A DNA stretch of 64,000 nt from Puniceicoccaceae bacterium (GTDB lineage Bacteria > Verrucomicrobiota > Verrucomicrobiia > Opitutales > Oceanipulchritudinaceae). The stretch lies in the NCBI GenBank assembly GCA_040830765.1, contig JBFOMH010000024.1, positions 13,476 through 77,475 of the forward strand. The letters are read 5' to 3'. A program made the translations under genes and the position numbers. Below, piece by piece: positions 1-10,100 of this stretch; position 1 is the stretch's first letter; the number at the start of each line of letters is the position of its first letter. The notes under the pieces are model-generated. The model saw only the letters and a list, made by a program, of their open reading frames with translations, ran no database searches and was not told where the DNA came from.

Positions 1-3000
1 TCCTCCTGCATGGGCTTGATAGTTCCGAATGGAAGCAGGCCCAGTTTCACCAGTGCCTGAAAGCCGTTGCAAATGCCGAGGATGAGACCGTCGCGATCCT
101 TGTAGAGACGGCGCGTGGCCTCCGCCACCCGCTCATTGCGGAAGATGGAGGCAATGAACTTGCCGGATCCTCCCGGTTCGTCACCGGCACTGAATCCACC
201 CGCCAGCATGAGGATTTGGCTCTCATCGAGCTTTTCCTCAAGGGCCTTCAGGCTGGCTTCGATCTCCGCATGGGTACGGTTCCGGATGACAAGGATTTCC
301 GCTTCCGCCCCTGCCTTCTCAAATGCCCGGGCGGAGTCGTATTCGCAGTTGGTTCCTGGAAAGACCGGGATCACTACCCGTGGCCGGGCTGTCTTGGTCG
401 ATGAGGTCCGGAAGCTATGCGGCTCAAACATCTGGCTCTGCGGGGGCGCTTCACCAGTCTCCACCCGCGTCGGAAAAACACTCTCCAAGGGCGCTTCCCA
501 GAGCGCGCGCAGCTCGGCCAAATCAAGGCTCTCTTCCAATACCTTGATGGCAGGCTCAGCCGAAACATTCCCGATGACCACCCCTGGCAATGATTCGGGA
601 TCGGCCGAAGGAGCGAGTTCCAGCAGCAGGCTGCCGTATTCTTCAGCAAAGAGCTCCTCCACCGTAAGTGAGTCATTCAGGCTGACGCCCAACATGTTGC
701 CGAGGGCCATGCGGGTAAGGGCGGCAGCGGTTCCCCCTTCGCGGACGACCGAGGCGGAGAGGATTTCCCCACGGCCGATGGCATCCGCTACAGAGGCATA
801 GATTGCCTTCAGTTCCTCCCAGACGGGGATATCCGCTCCGTCCCGGGGAATGGAAACCTTCACGACCGCGTTTCCGGCTGTTTTGAATTCAGGGGAAATG
901 ACCCGTGTGACATCCACCGGGCAAACAGCAAAGGAAACCAGCGTCGGCGGCACATCCATGTCGCGGAAGGTGCCAGACATTGAATCCTTGCCACCGATGG
1001 CCGCTACGCCGAGTTCCTTCTGGGCCGTCCAGGCGCCGAGCAGGGCAGCAAAGGGCTTCCCCCAGCGCTCCGGTTCCCCACGCAGCTTTTCAAAATATTC
1101 CTGCAGGGTCAGCCAGGTCTCTTCCAGTCGTCCGCCCGTCGCGATAAGCCGGGAAACGGATTCCACGACGGCATACACTGCCCCGTGATAAGGACTCCAA
1201 GAGGATACTTCCGGCTGGAATCCAAAGCTCATCAAGGTCCCGTTGTTGGTTTCCCCCTTGAGAACCGGCAGCTTGGCCGCCATGGCCTCGGTCGGTGTCA
1301 GCCGTTCCTTGCCGCCAAACGGGTGCAGGACACTGGCCGCGCCGATGGTGCTGTCAAAGCGCTCAATCAGTCCCTTCTGGGAACAGACATTCAGTTTCCC
1401 GAGGATGGACTTCCACTGGTCGGCAAAGGTGCCATTAACAGACTTCGGCCGAAGCCGGTTCTCCGGTCCGGGATGTGCCACCTTGACGGTGGCCTGCTGG
1501 CGCACGCCGTTGGTGTCGAGAAAGGCCCGGGAAATATCAACAATCTTCTGCCCCCGCCAGGTCATGACAAGGCGCGGGTCCTCGGTGACTTCGGCTACCT
1601 TTACCGCTTCGAGATTTTCAACCGCTGCATGGTCGATGAATGCCTGCAAATCGCCGGCATCGAGGACAACAGCCATCCGTTCCTGGGACTCGGAGAGAGC
1701 AATTTCTGTCCCGTCGAGGCCGTTGTACTTCAGCGGTACCACATCAAGGTTGATCGATAGGCCGTCCGCCAGCTCGCCAATGGCTACCGAGACTCCACCG
1801 GCCCCAAAATCGTTGCAGCGCTTGATCATGCCACTGACTTCCGGGACCCGGAAGAGCCGTTGCAACTTGCGCTCCATTGGTGGATCCCCCTTCTGGACTT
1901 CGGCGGCATTCTCCAGTGCCGTGTCGGTATGAGCCTTGGACGAGCCCGTGGCCCCGCCAATGCCATCCCGACCGGTCCGGCCACCAACCAGGACAATCAC
2001 GTCGCCCGGTTCGGGTGTTCCGCGGACCACCTGTGACCGCGGTGCCGCAGCGATGACAGCCCCGATCTCCATCCGCTTGGCAATGTAACCGGGATGGTAG
2101 ACTTCGTTGACCATGCCTGTGGCCAGTCCAATCTGATTGCCGTAGCTGCTGTAGCCGTGGGCTGCTTCGAGGGTAATTTTCCGCTGGGGCAGTTTGCCTG
2201 GAAGGGTTTCCTCGATCGGCTGGCGGGGATCGCCACATCCAGTCACCCGCATCGCCTGGTAGACGTAGCTTCGTCCGGAGAGCGGATCCCGGATAGCGCC
2301 CCCGAGGCAAGTGGCGGCTCCACCAAAGGGCTCAATTTCCGTCGGGTGGTTGTGGGTCTCGTTCTTGAACATGACCAGCCACTCCTCTTCCTGTCCGTCT
2401 ATCTCCACGGGTACCACGATACTCGCCGCGTTGACTTCCTCGGAAATCTCCAGCCCGTCCAGCTGACCGGCCTTCCGCAATGCCTTCATACCCATCAAGG
2501 CGATGTCCATGAGACACACCGGGCGGCCTTCAGGTTTCTCTCCGTATACAGCTTCCCGGGCTTCCTGATAAGAGGCCCAGGCTTGCTCGAGCGGTTCGCT
2601 GAGGGGACCTTTCTCAAATTCAACCGAAGTGATCTCGGTCAAGAAAGTCGTATGGCGGCAATGATCGGACCAGTAGGTATCGAGTAGCTTCAACTCGGTC
2701 AGCGTCGGCTCCCGCTCCGCTTCTCCCTGAAACCACTTCTGGCAAAAAGCGAGGTCCTCCGTCGACATGGCGAGTCCGAGGCTCTGGTGAAGGCTGTCCA
2801 GGAAGGCCGCATCGCCGGTGTTGAATCCCTTGATCGATTGCACCGGTTGGGGTTCGGGGACCGGATGAACCAGCGTCTCTGGTCGTTCCAAGCTGGCTTC
2901 GCGAGAATCGACCGGGTTAATCCGGTATGCCTTGAGGCGCTCCATTTCATCATCGGAAAGGCTGCCTTCCAGAATCAGGACCTCTGCACAGCGGACAACC

Positions 3001-3326
3001 GGTTGGCAGTCCGCCAGCAGCTTGAGACATTGCACTGCGGAATCCGCGCGCTGGTCGAATTGTCCCGGCAGGTATTCAACCGCAAATACCGCTTGCCCGT
3101 CTTCCCAAGGCCGGGTCTCCCAGGCAATCTCAATGGCCGGCTCCGCAAAGAGGGATTGCTTGCTGCCCTCCCAGACAGAATCGGGCACCCCTTCGACATC
3201 GTAGCGAAGCAAATGTCGCAGGCCGGTCAGTCCTTTCAATCTCAGGTCGCGGCCCACATCCTCCAGTAATGCTTCCGCCTCCTGACGGAATCCCGGCCGC
3301 TTTTCCACATACAAACGCCTGATCAT
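1..3326 (-). CDS. purL: Phosphoribosylformylglycinamidine synthase, single-chain clostridial/Firmicutes type (3' end runs off the window)
   Basis: Not in the ORF track because it has no stop in the window. Manual translation from ATG at 3326 gives MIRRLYVEKRPGFRQEA..., DTYWSDHCRHTTF, MFKNETHNHPTEIEPFGGAATCLGGAIRDPLSGR, and glutaminase motifs GTNCEYDS, GGFSAGDEPGGSGKF and GICNGFQ. Confidence 0.95.
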   Translation of the reverse strand, partial: MIRRLYVEKRPGFRQEAEALLEDVGRDLRLKGLTGLRHLLRYDVEGVPDSVWEGSKQSLFAEPAIEIAWETRPWEDGQAVFAVEYLPGQFDQRADSAVQCLKLLADCQPVVRCAEVLILEGSLSDDEMERLKAYRINPVDSREASLERPETLVHPVPEPQPVQSIKGFNTGDAAFLDSLHQSLGLAMSTEDLAFCQKWFQGEAEREPTLTELKLLDTYWSDHCRHTTFLTEITSVEFEKGPLSEPLEQAWASYQEAREAVYGEKPEGRPVCLMDIALMGMKALRKAGQLDGLEISEEVNAASIVVPVEIDGQEEEWLVMFKNETHNHPTEIEPFGGAATCLGGAIRDPLSGRSYVYQAMRVTGCGDPRQPIEETLPGKLPQRKITLEAAHGYSSYGNQIGLATGMVNEVYHPGYIAKRMEIGAVIAAAPRSQVVRGTPEPGDVIVLVGGRTGRDGIGGATGSSKAHTDTALENAAEVQKGDPPMERKLQRLFRVPEVSGMIKRCNDFGAGGVSVAIGELADGLSINLDVVPLKYNGLDGTEIALSESQERMAVVLDAGDLQAFIDHAAVENLEAVKVAEVTEDPRLVMTWRGQKIVDISRAFLDTNGVRQQATVKVAHPGPENRLRPKSVNGTFADQWKSILGKLNVCSQKGLIERFDSTIGAASVLHPFGGKERLTPTEAMAAKLPVLKGETNNGTLMSFGFQPEVSSWSPYHGAVYAVVESVSRLIATGGRLEETWLTLQEYFEKLRGEPERWGKPFAALLGAWTAQKELGVAAIGGKDSMSGTFRDMDVPPTLVSFAVCPVDVTRVISPEFKTAGNAVVKVSIPRDGADIPVWEELKAIYASVADAIGRGEILSASVVREGGTAAALTRMALGNMLGVSLNDSLTVEELFAEEYGSLLLELAPSADPESLPGVVIGNVSAEPAIKVLEESLDLAELRALWEAPLESVFPTRVETGEAPPQSQMFEPHSFRTSSTKTARPRVVIPVFPGTNCEYDSARAFEKAGAEAEILVIRNRTHAEIEASLKALEEKLDESQILMLAGGFSAGDEPGGSGKFIASIFRNERVAEATRRLYKDRDGLILGICNGFQALVKLGLLPFGTIKPMQE

Positions 3327-3447
3327 GCATCTGAGATGAGGCAGCAGGAGAAAGACTGCAACTCTCAAAGATCAAGTAATTCCGACAAAAGATTTGCACC
3401 CCGCAAATGAGTCCTCCACGGTGCTCTCAAGTTATCCGGCAGCGTCG

Positions 3448-5370
3448 ATGAGTGAACTGATCAAGCACGAATGTGGTATCGCCCTAATCCGGTTGAAACA
3501 ACCGTTGGCCTACTTTGCGGAAAAATACGGATCGCCCCTTTATGGCTTCAGCAAACTGTTCCTCCTGATGGAGAAACAGCACAACCGCGGCCAGGATGGA
3601 GCTGGGATCGGCTGCGTTAAGCTGAACGTTCCCCATGGCCATTCCTTCATGCACCGGGAACGGGTCCTGCGCGAAAATTCCCTTGGTCCCCTTTTCCGCC
3701 GGCAACTCAAGCGCTACGACAAGGCCATCAGCAAGGGAATCATTATTCCGGAGTTCGTCGACACGGTGAAGTTGCATTTTGATTTCGGTGGCGAAATCCT
3801 CATGGGCCATCTTCGTTACGGGACCTCCGGCGACTTTACTGAGAGCTCCTGCCATCCCTATTTCCGGCGCAGCAACTGGCCGACCCGGAACCTGATGGTC
3901 TGCGGGAACTTCAACATGACCAACACCGGGGAACTCAACCGGCTGCTCATCAACCGCGGCCAGCACCCCATTTTCGATACCGATACCCAGACCATCCTTG
4001 AGGAGATCGGGTTTCATCTCGATGAGGCCCATGATGCCATCTATCACAAGATGCGCGACGAGGCCAAGATGCCCGGCCCGGAGATTCCGGAAGTCATCTC
4101 GAGGGAACTGGACATTGTCCGCATCCTCCGCAAGGCGGCCGGCGTCTGGGACGGGGGCTACTGCATTGCCGGGATGGTCGGCAACGGGGACACCTTTGTC
4201 ATGCGGGATCCCCATGGCATCCGGCCCGCCCACTATTTTGAGGACGACGAGGTAATCGCCTTTGCCTCCGAAAGGGTCCCCTTGATGACCGCCTTCGACA
4301 AGGAAAAGGGAGATATCAAGGAAGTCCCGCCCGGGCATGTCGTTTCCATCAAGAACACCGGGGAAGTCCGGGTGGAAAGCTTCAGCGATGCTGCTCCCCA
4401 GACCAGTTGCACCTTTGAGCGGATCTATTTCTCGCGCGGGAACGACCCGGACATCTACCAGGAGCGCAAGGCCCTCGGGGCCGCCCTCTGCCCGCACCTG
4501 CTAAAGGAGATTGATTACGACCTGACCAACTCCGTCTTCTCCTACATTCCCAACACCGCGGAAACATCCAGTTACGGACTCCTCCATGGGTTGCGCCGCT
4601 ACCGGCGTTCGGCGGTCAAGGACAGGATCCTCAAGGCCCACCAGGATGGAACCCTCGATGAACAACTCGTTGATGAGCTCATTCTCGATAACTGGCCCCG
4701 GGCCGAAAAGATTGCCCACAAGGACATCAAGCTGCGAACCTTCATTTCCAATGAGCAGGGCCGCAGCAAGCTCGTCTCGCACGTCTACGACATCACCTAC
4801 GATGTCGTTCAGCCCAAGGACAACCTGGTCGTCCTCGACGACTCCATCGTGCGGGGAACAACCCTGCGGGAATCGATTATCAAGATTCTTTCCCGGACCA
4901 ATCCGAAGAAGATCATCGTCGCCTCGACGGCTCCCCAGATCCGCTATCCGGACTGCTACGGGATCGACATGAGCGAGCTGGGCAAGTTCATCGCCTTCCA
5001 GGCCGCCATCGCCCTTCTCAAGGAACGTGGCGCACAGGAACGCATCGAGGATGTCTACCGGGCCTGCCTGAGAGAGGTAACCAAGCCGAAGGAAAAGCAG
5101 GTCAACTGCGTCAAGGACATCTACGCCCCATTCTCGGCTGTGGAAATTTCGGCCAAGATCGCGGAGATGCTCTATCCGAAGGACATCCCGTGGCAGGGCG
5201 AACTGTGTATCCTCTACCAGACCATCGAGGACCTCCACGCATCCATTCCGGAACATACGGGGGACTGGTACTTTACCGGCAACTACCCGACCCCGGGGGG
5301 AACACAGGTTGTCAACCGGGCCTTCATTGATTATTTTGAAAACCGCAGCGGACGCAGCTACGATGTCTAA
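3448..5370 (+). CDS. purF: Amidophosphoribosyltransferase, long form
   Basis: MSELIKHE|CG Ntn cysteine, HNRGQDGAG, GHLRYGT, FERIYFSR and PRPP motif VVLDDSIVRGTT. Start trimmed to ATG 3448. Confidence 0.95.
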   Translation: MSELIKHECGIALIRLKQPLAYFAEKYGSPLYGFSKLFLLMEKQHNRGQDGAGIGCVKLNVPHGHSFMHRERVLRENSLGPLFRRQLKRYDKAISKGIIIPEFVDTVKLHFDFGGEILMGHLRYGTSGDFTESSCHPYFRRSNWPTRNLMVCGNFNMTNTGELNRLLINRGQHPIFDTDTQTILEEIGFHLDEAHDAIYHKMRDEAKMPGPEIPEVISRELDIVRILRKAAGVWDGGYCIAGMVGNGDTFVMRDPHGIRPAHYFEDDEVIAFASERVPLMTAFDKEKGDIKEVPPGHVVSIKNTGEVRVESFSDAAPQTSCTFERIYFSRGNDPDIYQERKALGAALCPHLLKEIDYDLTNSVFSYIPNTAETSSYGLLHGLRRYRRSAVKDRILKAHQDGTLDEQLVDELILDNWPRAEKIAHKDIKLRTFISNEQGRSKLVSHVYDITYDVVQPKDNLVVLDDSIVRGTTLRESIIKILSRTNPKKIIVASTAPQIRYPDCYGIDMSELGKFIAFQAAIALLKERGAQERIEDVYRACLREVTKPKEKQVNCVKDIYAPFSAVEISAKIAEMLYPKDIPWQGELCILYQTIEDLHASIPEHTGDWYFTGNYPTPGGTQVVNRAFIDYFENRSGRSYDV

Positions 5371-6445
5371 AAATACCAAAAAGAAAAAGGCCTACGCCGA
5401 GGCAGGGGTCGATATTGCCCTTGCGGACAAGCTGCTTGACCAGGTCAAGCCCTACCTCAAGCAGGCCACCCGGAAGGAATCCCTCGGTTCAATCGGCGGA
5501 TTCGGTGGATTCTTCGACATCTCCCGACTCAAGCAAAAGCATCCGGTACTGGTCAGCAGCACGGACAGCGTCGGCACCAAGGTCACCGCTGCCAAGGTCA
5601 CCGGCATCTACCGGAATCTCGGGGCGGACATCGTCAACCACTGTGCCAATGACATCGCCGTCTGCGGGGCTGAGCCGCTCTACTTTCTGGACTACTACGC
5701 CACCGGCAAACTGAACCAGAACTACGTCACGCTTCTGAAAAGCCTGGCCAAGGCCTGCACCGCGGGCAACATCGCCCTTGTCGGCGGTGAGACCGCCGAG
5801 CTTCCCGGAGTCTACACCGAGGGGGAATGCGACCTTGTCGGCTCCATTGTCGGGGTCGTGGACAAGCCGAAAATCCTCACCGGTGCTGCTATCCGCCCTG
5901 GCGACGTCATGGTCGGTCTTGGATCGAGTGGCCTTCACACAAACGGGTTTTCCCTCGCCCGGAAGATTCTCTTCGGCGATCTTAAGCTGAAGGGGGATGA
6001 CCTTCTGCCCGGCTTCCGTCAGAAGGCCGGCAATGCCCTCATGCAGCCGCATGTCAACTACAGCGGCTTCATCATGGAAGCCCTGCGAAAACTCAACAAA
6101 GGCCCGCTGGCAGCCCGCCGGAAGGAGAATAAGGTTTTCGGCCTCGCCCATATCACCGGTGGCGGATTCACTGGGAACATTCCAAGAATCCTCCCCGCCA
6201 ATTGTGATGGTATTGTCGATACAACGACATGGAAACCCCTCCCGGTTTTCCAGGTTATCACGGGTGACGGACGGGTGGATTTTGACGAAGCCTACGAGGT
6301 CTTCAACATGGGCATCGGTCTCGTTGCCGTCATCGAGAAAGATACCGTCGATGCCTTCCTGAAGCTGGCCAAGAAACATCGCCACAAGGCCAACGTTATC
6401 GGGCAAGTCGTCAAGGGAAGCGGCATTGTCCAATTGAAGAAGTAA
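5363..6445 (+). CDS. purM: Phosphoribosylformylglycinamidine cyclo-ligase (AIR synthetase)
   Basis: YAEAGVDI, GGFGG, TDSVGTK, GGETAELPG, HITGGG and FNMGIG motifs; overlaps the purF stop. Confidence 0.95.
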   Translation: MSKNTKKKKAYAEAGVDIALADKLLDQVKPYLKQATRKESLGSIGGFGGFFDISRLKQKHPVLVSSTDSVGTKVTAAKVTGIYRNLGADIVNHCANDIAVCGAEPLYFLDYYATGKLNQNYVTLLKSLAKACTAGNIALVGGETAELPGVYTEGECDLVGSIVGVVDKPKILTGAAIRPGDVMVGLGSSGLHTNGFSLARKILFGDLKLKGDDLLPGFRQKAGNALMQPHVNYSGFIMEALRKLNKGPLAARRKENKVFGLAHITGGGFTGNIPRILPANCDGIVDTTTWKPLPVFQVITGDGRVDFDEAYEVFNMGIGLVAVIEKDTVDAFLKLAKKHRHKANVIGQVVKGSGIVQLKK

Positions 6446-6449
6446 TCGC

Positions 6450-7184
6450 ATGGCTCAGAAATCGGCATCAGTTGAGTTCATTTACGGATTGAATCCCGTC
6501 TTCGAGTGCCTGAGGGCAGGAAGACGGACGGTGCACGAGGCCTTCGTCAACGAAAAGACGGCCACCAGCTCCCGGTTAAAGACGCTGGCCCGCCTGCTGG
6601 AGAAGAACGGCGTCCGCATGAACCTGACCGACAAGGGTCGCCTGCACCAGTTGTGCGGTTCATCGGAACACCAGAACGTGGTCCTGAAAGTTTCCCGCTA
6701 TCCGTACGTTGCCAGTGACGATTGCCTGACTCACGAACGGGTTTTGCTGCTGGATAACGTGGAGGACCCGCACAACGTGGGAGCAATTCTCCGCTCAGCG
6801 GAGGTCTTCGGATACCATCACGTTCTCCTGCCGACAAAAGGGGTTCCCGAGGTCTACCCATCGGTTTCGAAAGTTTCTGCCGGAGCAGTGGAGTTTCTCA
6901 ACATCGCCCGCGACTGCAGCGCGGTGACCTATTGCCAGAAGGCAGTTGAGGCAGGCTATACGGTTGCTTCGCTGGACATGAAGGGAAAGGTGCCACTTGA
7001 TGATTTCGCAAGGGATGTTCCCTCCCCGCTCCTGGTCGTCATCGGAGGCGAAGACCGGGGCGTCGGACAGTTTATCCTCAACAACTCCTCTGCCGTCCTG
7101 GCCATACCGCAAAGCGGGAAGATCAACTCTCTCAACGCCTCGGTAGCGGCCTCGCTGACCCTTTACGCCTTGCGCAAGGACTGA
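6450..7184 (+). CDS. rlmB: TrmH/SpoU-family RNA 2'-O-methyltransferase (RlmB-like)
   Basis: N-terminal IYGLNPVFE, DPHNVGAILRSA, IGGEDRG and SLNASVAA SPOUT motifs. Confidence 0.8.
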   Translation: MAQKSASVEFIYGLNPVFECLRAGRRTVHEAFVNEKTATSSRLKTLARLLEKNGVRMNLTDKGRLHQLCGSSEHQNVVLKVSRYPYVASDDCLTHERVLLLDNVEDPHNVGAILRSAEVFGYHHVLLPTKGVPEVYPSVSKVSAGAVEFLNIARDCSAVTYCQKAVEAGYTVASLDMKGKVPLDDFARDVPSPLLVVIGGEDRGVGQFILNNSSAVLAIPQSGKINSLNASVAASLTLYALRKD

Positions 7185-10100
7185 CTTTCCAGCCGGGCAA
7201 AGGCGGCATCGATAATCTTCGGGGAGACCTTCTCGCTGGTCCCCAGTTCCTGGGCGAATATCTGCACCTTGTATTCTTCCAGCAGCCAACGCAGCCGGCG
7301 CTTCTCAGCCGGCTCCGACTTGAGACCAGCAAAGCGGCGGATGTAAGCGACCAGCGGACGCGCCTTCTCCGCATCCTTGACAGGATTTTGCCGCGCCCTC
7401 TGGATTCGCCTGGACAAGGCATCAATGTAGCGCGGGTAGTGGTTTAGTCGCGACAAATCAAGGGAGCGAAGGAACCTCGGGTGAACCAGCGCGTCCAGCT
7501 CGGTCTTCCATGGAGAGTCAGGATGGATCAACGTCATGACCTTATCCCGCTCCTTGAGGATTCTTTCCAGCAAATCGACATACTTTGGGACAAGACCCCG
7601 CATATTCTCCCTGGCAGCCATACTCACCTTCTCCAGTGTGGCAGGGTCCAGGGGCAGCGGGTCCTCACAGGCCAGCAGGGAACGCCGAATGAGGGCAAAG
7701 GATTCGGCCGCTAGGGTCTTCGAATCCATCATCGCGGCAAATCCGAGCCCGACCCGTTTCACTTCCTTGGCCAAGTCACGTTGCAACCACCCCAAGTCCT
7801 TGCCGACCGCCTCCTCACACAAGGCCATGAAGCCGGCAAGGGTTGCCCGTCTGGCGGCCGCCTCGGTGGCGAACAGCTTCAGGGAAATACCGTCCTTCCC
7901 TGCTTCCAATCCCGGCCAAGCCTTGACCGGCAGGCCGGCAAGGTTACCCAACACAAGTTCCGTTGGTAGCTTGGGCAGGGTTGAGGGGTGGACGACCTTC
8001 ATCTCGTACTTCCGGCAACCTTCCTGCCAGACCTTCAGCTTGTCGCGACCCTCCCCTTTATCAAAGGAGGCCCGAACCGCTTCCCGATATTGCTGGCTGA
8101 CGTCATCCCAATTGCGGCCCGTGGCAACCGTCCTCTTCTTGCGGTCGATTACTTCGACCCGCGGCTTCAGGTAGTCGGGCACCGCATCCGGGGCCCAGTC
8201 CGTCGGCCAGATACGGATACCGCGGGTTTCCCCGAGCAGGCGCGTCAGTTGGTCGACAAGGCTGCCCTTGTCCGGAGCAACCGCCAGGGCCAACTCCTGC
8301 ACCACATCGGCCATGGGGAACAGTTGCTTGCGGGTATCCTTGGGCAGGCCACGAAGAAGAAACTCGATCCGCTGCTTGATATAACCGGGAACGACCCAGT
8401 CGATCATCGAGGCGTCGACCGACTCAAACTGCTCCACGGGAATCTTCAGGGTCGCGCCATCCTCATCCTCTCCCGGCTTGTAGGCGTAGGACAGGTCCAG
8501 TCGGACCCCACTCATTTCCGTCGCGTCGGGAAAGGCCGCCAGCTCTTCCGCCTCGTCTTCTCCCGGCAACAAGTCTCCCTCGCTGGCGAATAAAAAGTCG
8601 GCCTTTCCGCCATGATGGTCCCGGATAAAGGCCTTCAGGTCGCCGAAGGATCCCACGCGTTCAATCCGCTGCGCGTAAAAACGATAGAGCCGCTCATCAA
8701 GTGCCCAGGTCCCGCTCATGCGCAATCGCGTTTGCCGGTCCCGGACTTCCTCAAGGAGCTTCTGGTTGGCTTCATGGAACGGCAGTCTTGTCCTCAATCG
8801 TCCCTCAACCAGTGCCTCGCGGATGAAGATTTCCGTCGCCTCACGCGGGTTGATTTTCAGGTAGGCTGTCCGCTTGGCAGCAACCTCGAGCCCGTAGAGA
8901 AGGATCCGCTCCCGGGCCATGACGCGCTCACCCTTTTCATCATAAACCGGATCGGTGTATTTATGATTCAGTACATGCTCTCCGACCCGGAGGATCCAAG
9001 CCGGATCGATACGTGCAACTGTCCGGGCATACAAACGCGTAGTCTCCATGAATTCACCCGCGAGGATCCATTTGGCCCCACCCCCTTTGGAGTGCGCTGA
9101 CATGTCAGCGCCTTTTTTCTGCTTTCCACCCTTTCCCCTCGCCAGCTTCTTGAATAGCGTCGATCCCGGAAAGACCATCTCCTTACGGTTGCGGGTGGCC
9201 CGGTAGTGGTTGGTTTCCTCAAGTTGGGCTACGCCCGAGAGAAGTCCGCTCAGAAGGGCACGGTGGATTTGCTCGAACTCGGCCGGTTCCTTGTTCTCCC
9301 GGAACATCCGGATGTCCTTCAAGGTCCGCTCCAGCTGGGCATGGATGTCCCGCCACTCCCGCATCCGGAGATAGCTCAGGAAGTGGGCCTTGCAGAACTT
9401 GCGCAGCTGGTTCTGGCTCAGGCGTTCCATCTCATCGTGGTAACTATTCCAGATGTTCAGGAGGGTCAGGAAATCCGACTCCTCATGCCGGAACTTGCGG
9501 TGCATCTCATCCGCCTCCTTGGCCGCGTCCATTGGCCGCTCGCGAGGGTCCTGGATACTGAGACCCGCGGCAATTACGAGGATTTCATGAACACAGCCCT
9601 CCCGGTTGGCCTCCAGCAGCATGCGGCCCACCGTCGGGTCAACCGGAAGGTGTGACAACTTGCGGCCCAAAGGGGTCAGCCCTTGGATTTTGGCATCCAG
9701 CGCCCCCAGCTGGACCAGGAGTTCATATCCGGAGCGGATAGCCCGCTCCCCCGGGGGCTCGATAAAGGGAAATGTGCGGATGTCCCCAATCTTGAAAGCG
9801 ATCATCCGGAGAATCACGTCGGCGAGATTGCAGCGCAGGATCTCCGGCGTGCTGTATTCGGGACGACCGAGGAAATCCTGTTCACTATAAAGGCGGACAC
9901 AAACTCCTTCACTTAAGCGGCCAGCACGACCTTTGCGTTGGTTGGCCGAGCTCTGGGATACCTTTTCAATCGGCAGCCGCCGGGTATGAGTCGCGGCACT
10001 GTAACGGCTGACCCGGGCCAGACCGCTGTCGATGACAAACCGGATCCCGGGAATGGTAATCGAGGTCTCCGCTATGTTCGTTGAGAGGATGACTTTGCGC

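Noticed and set aside
47..3399. The many ORF-track entries in 1-3.4 kb, on both strands
   Set aside because: They are antisense or off-frame shadows of the minus-strand purL, which the track missed because its stop lies outside the window.
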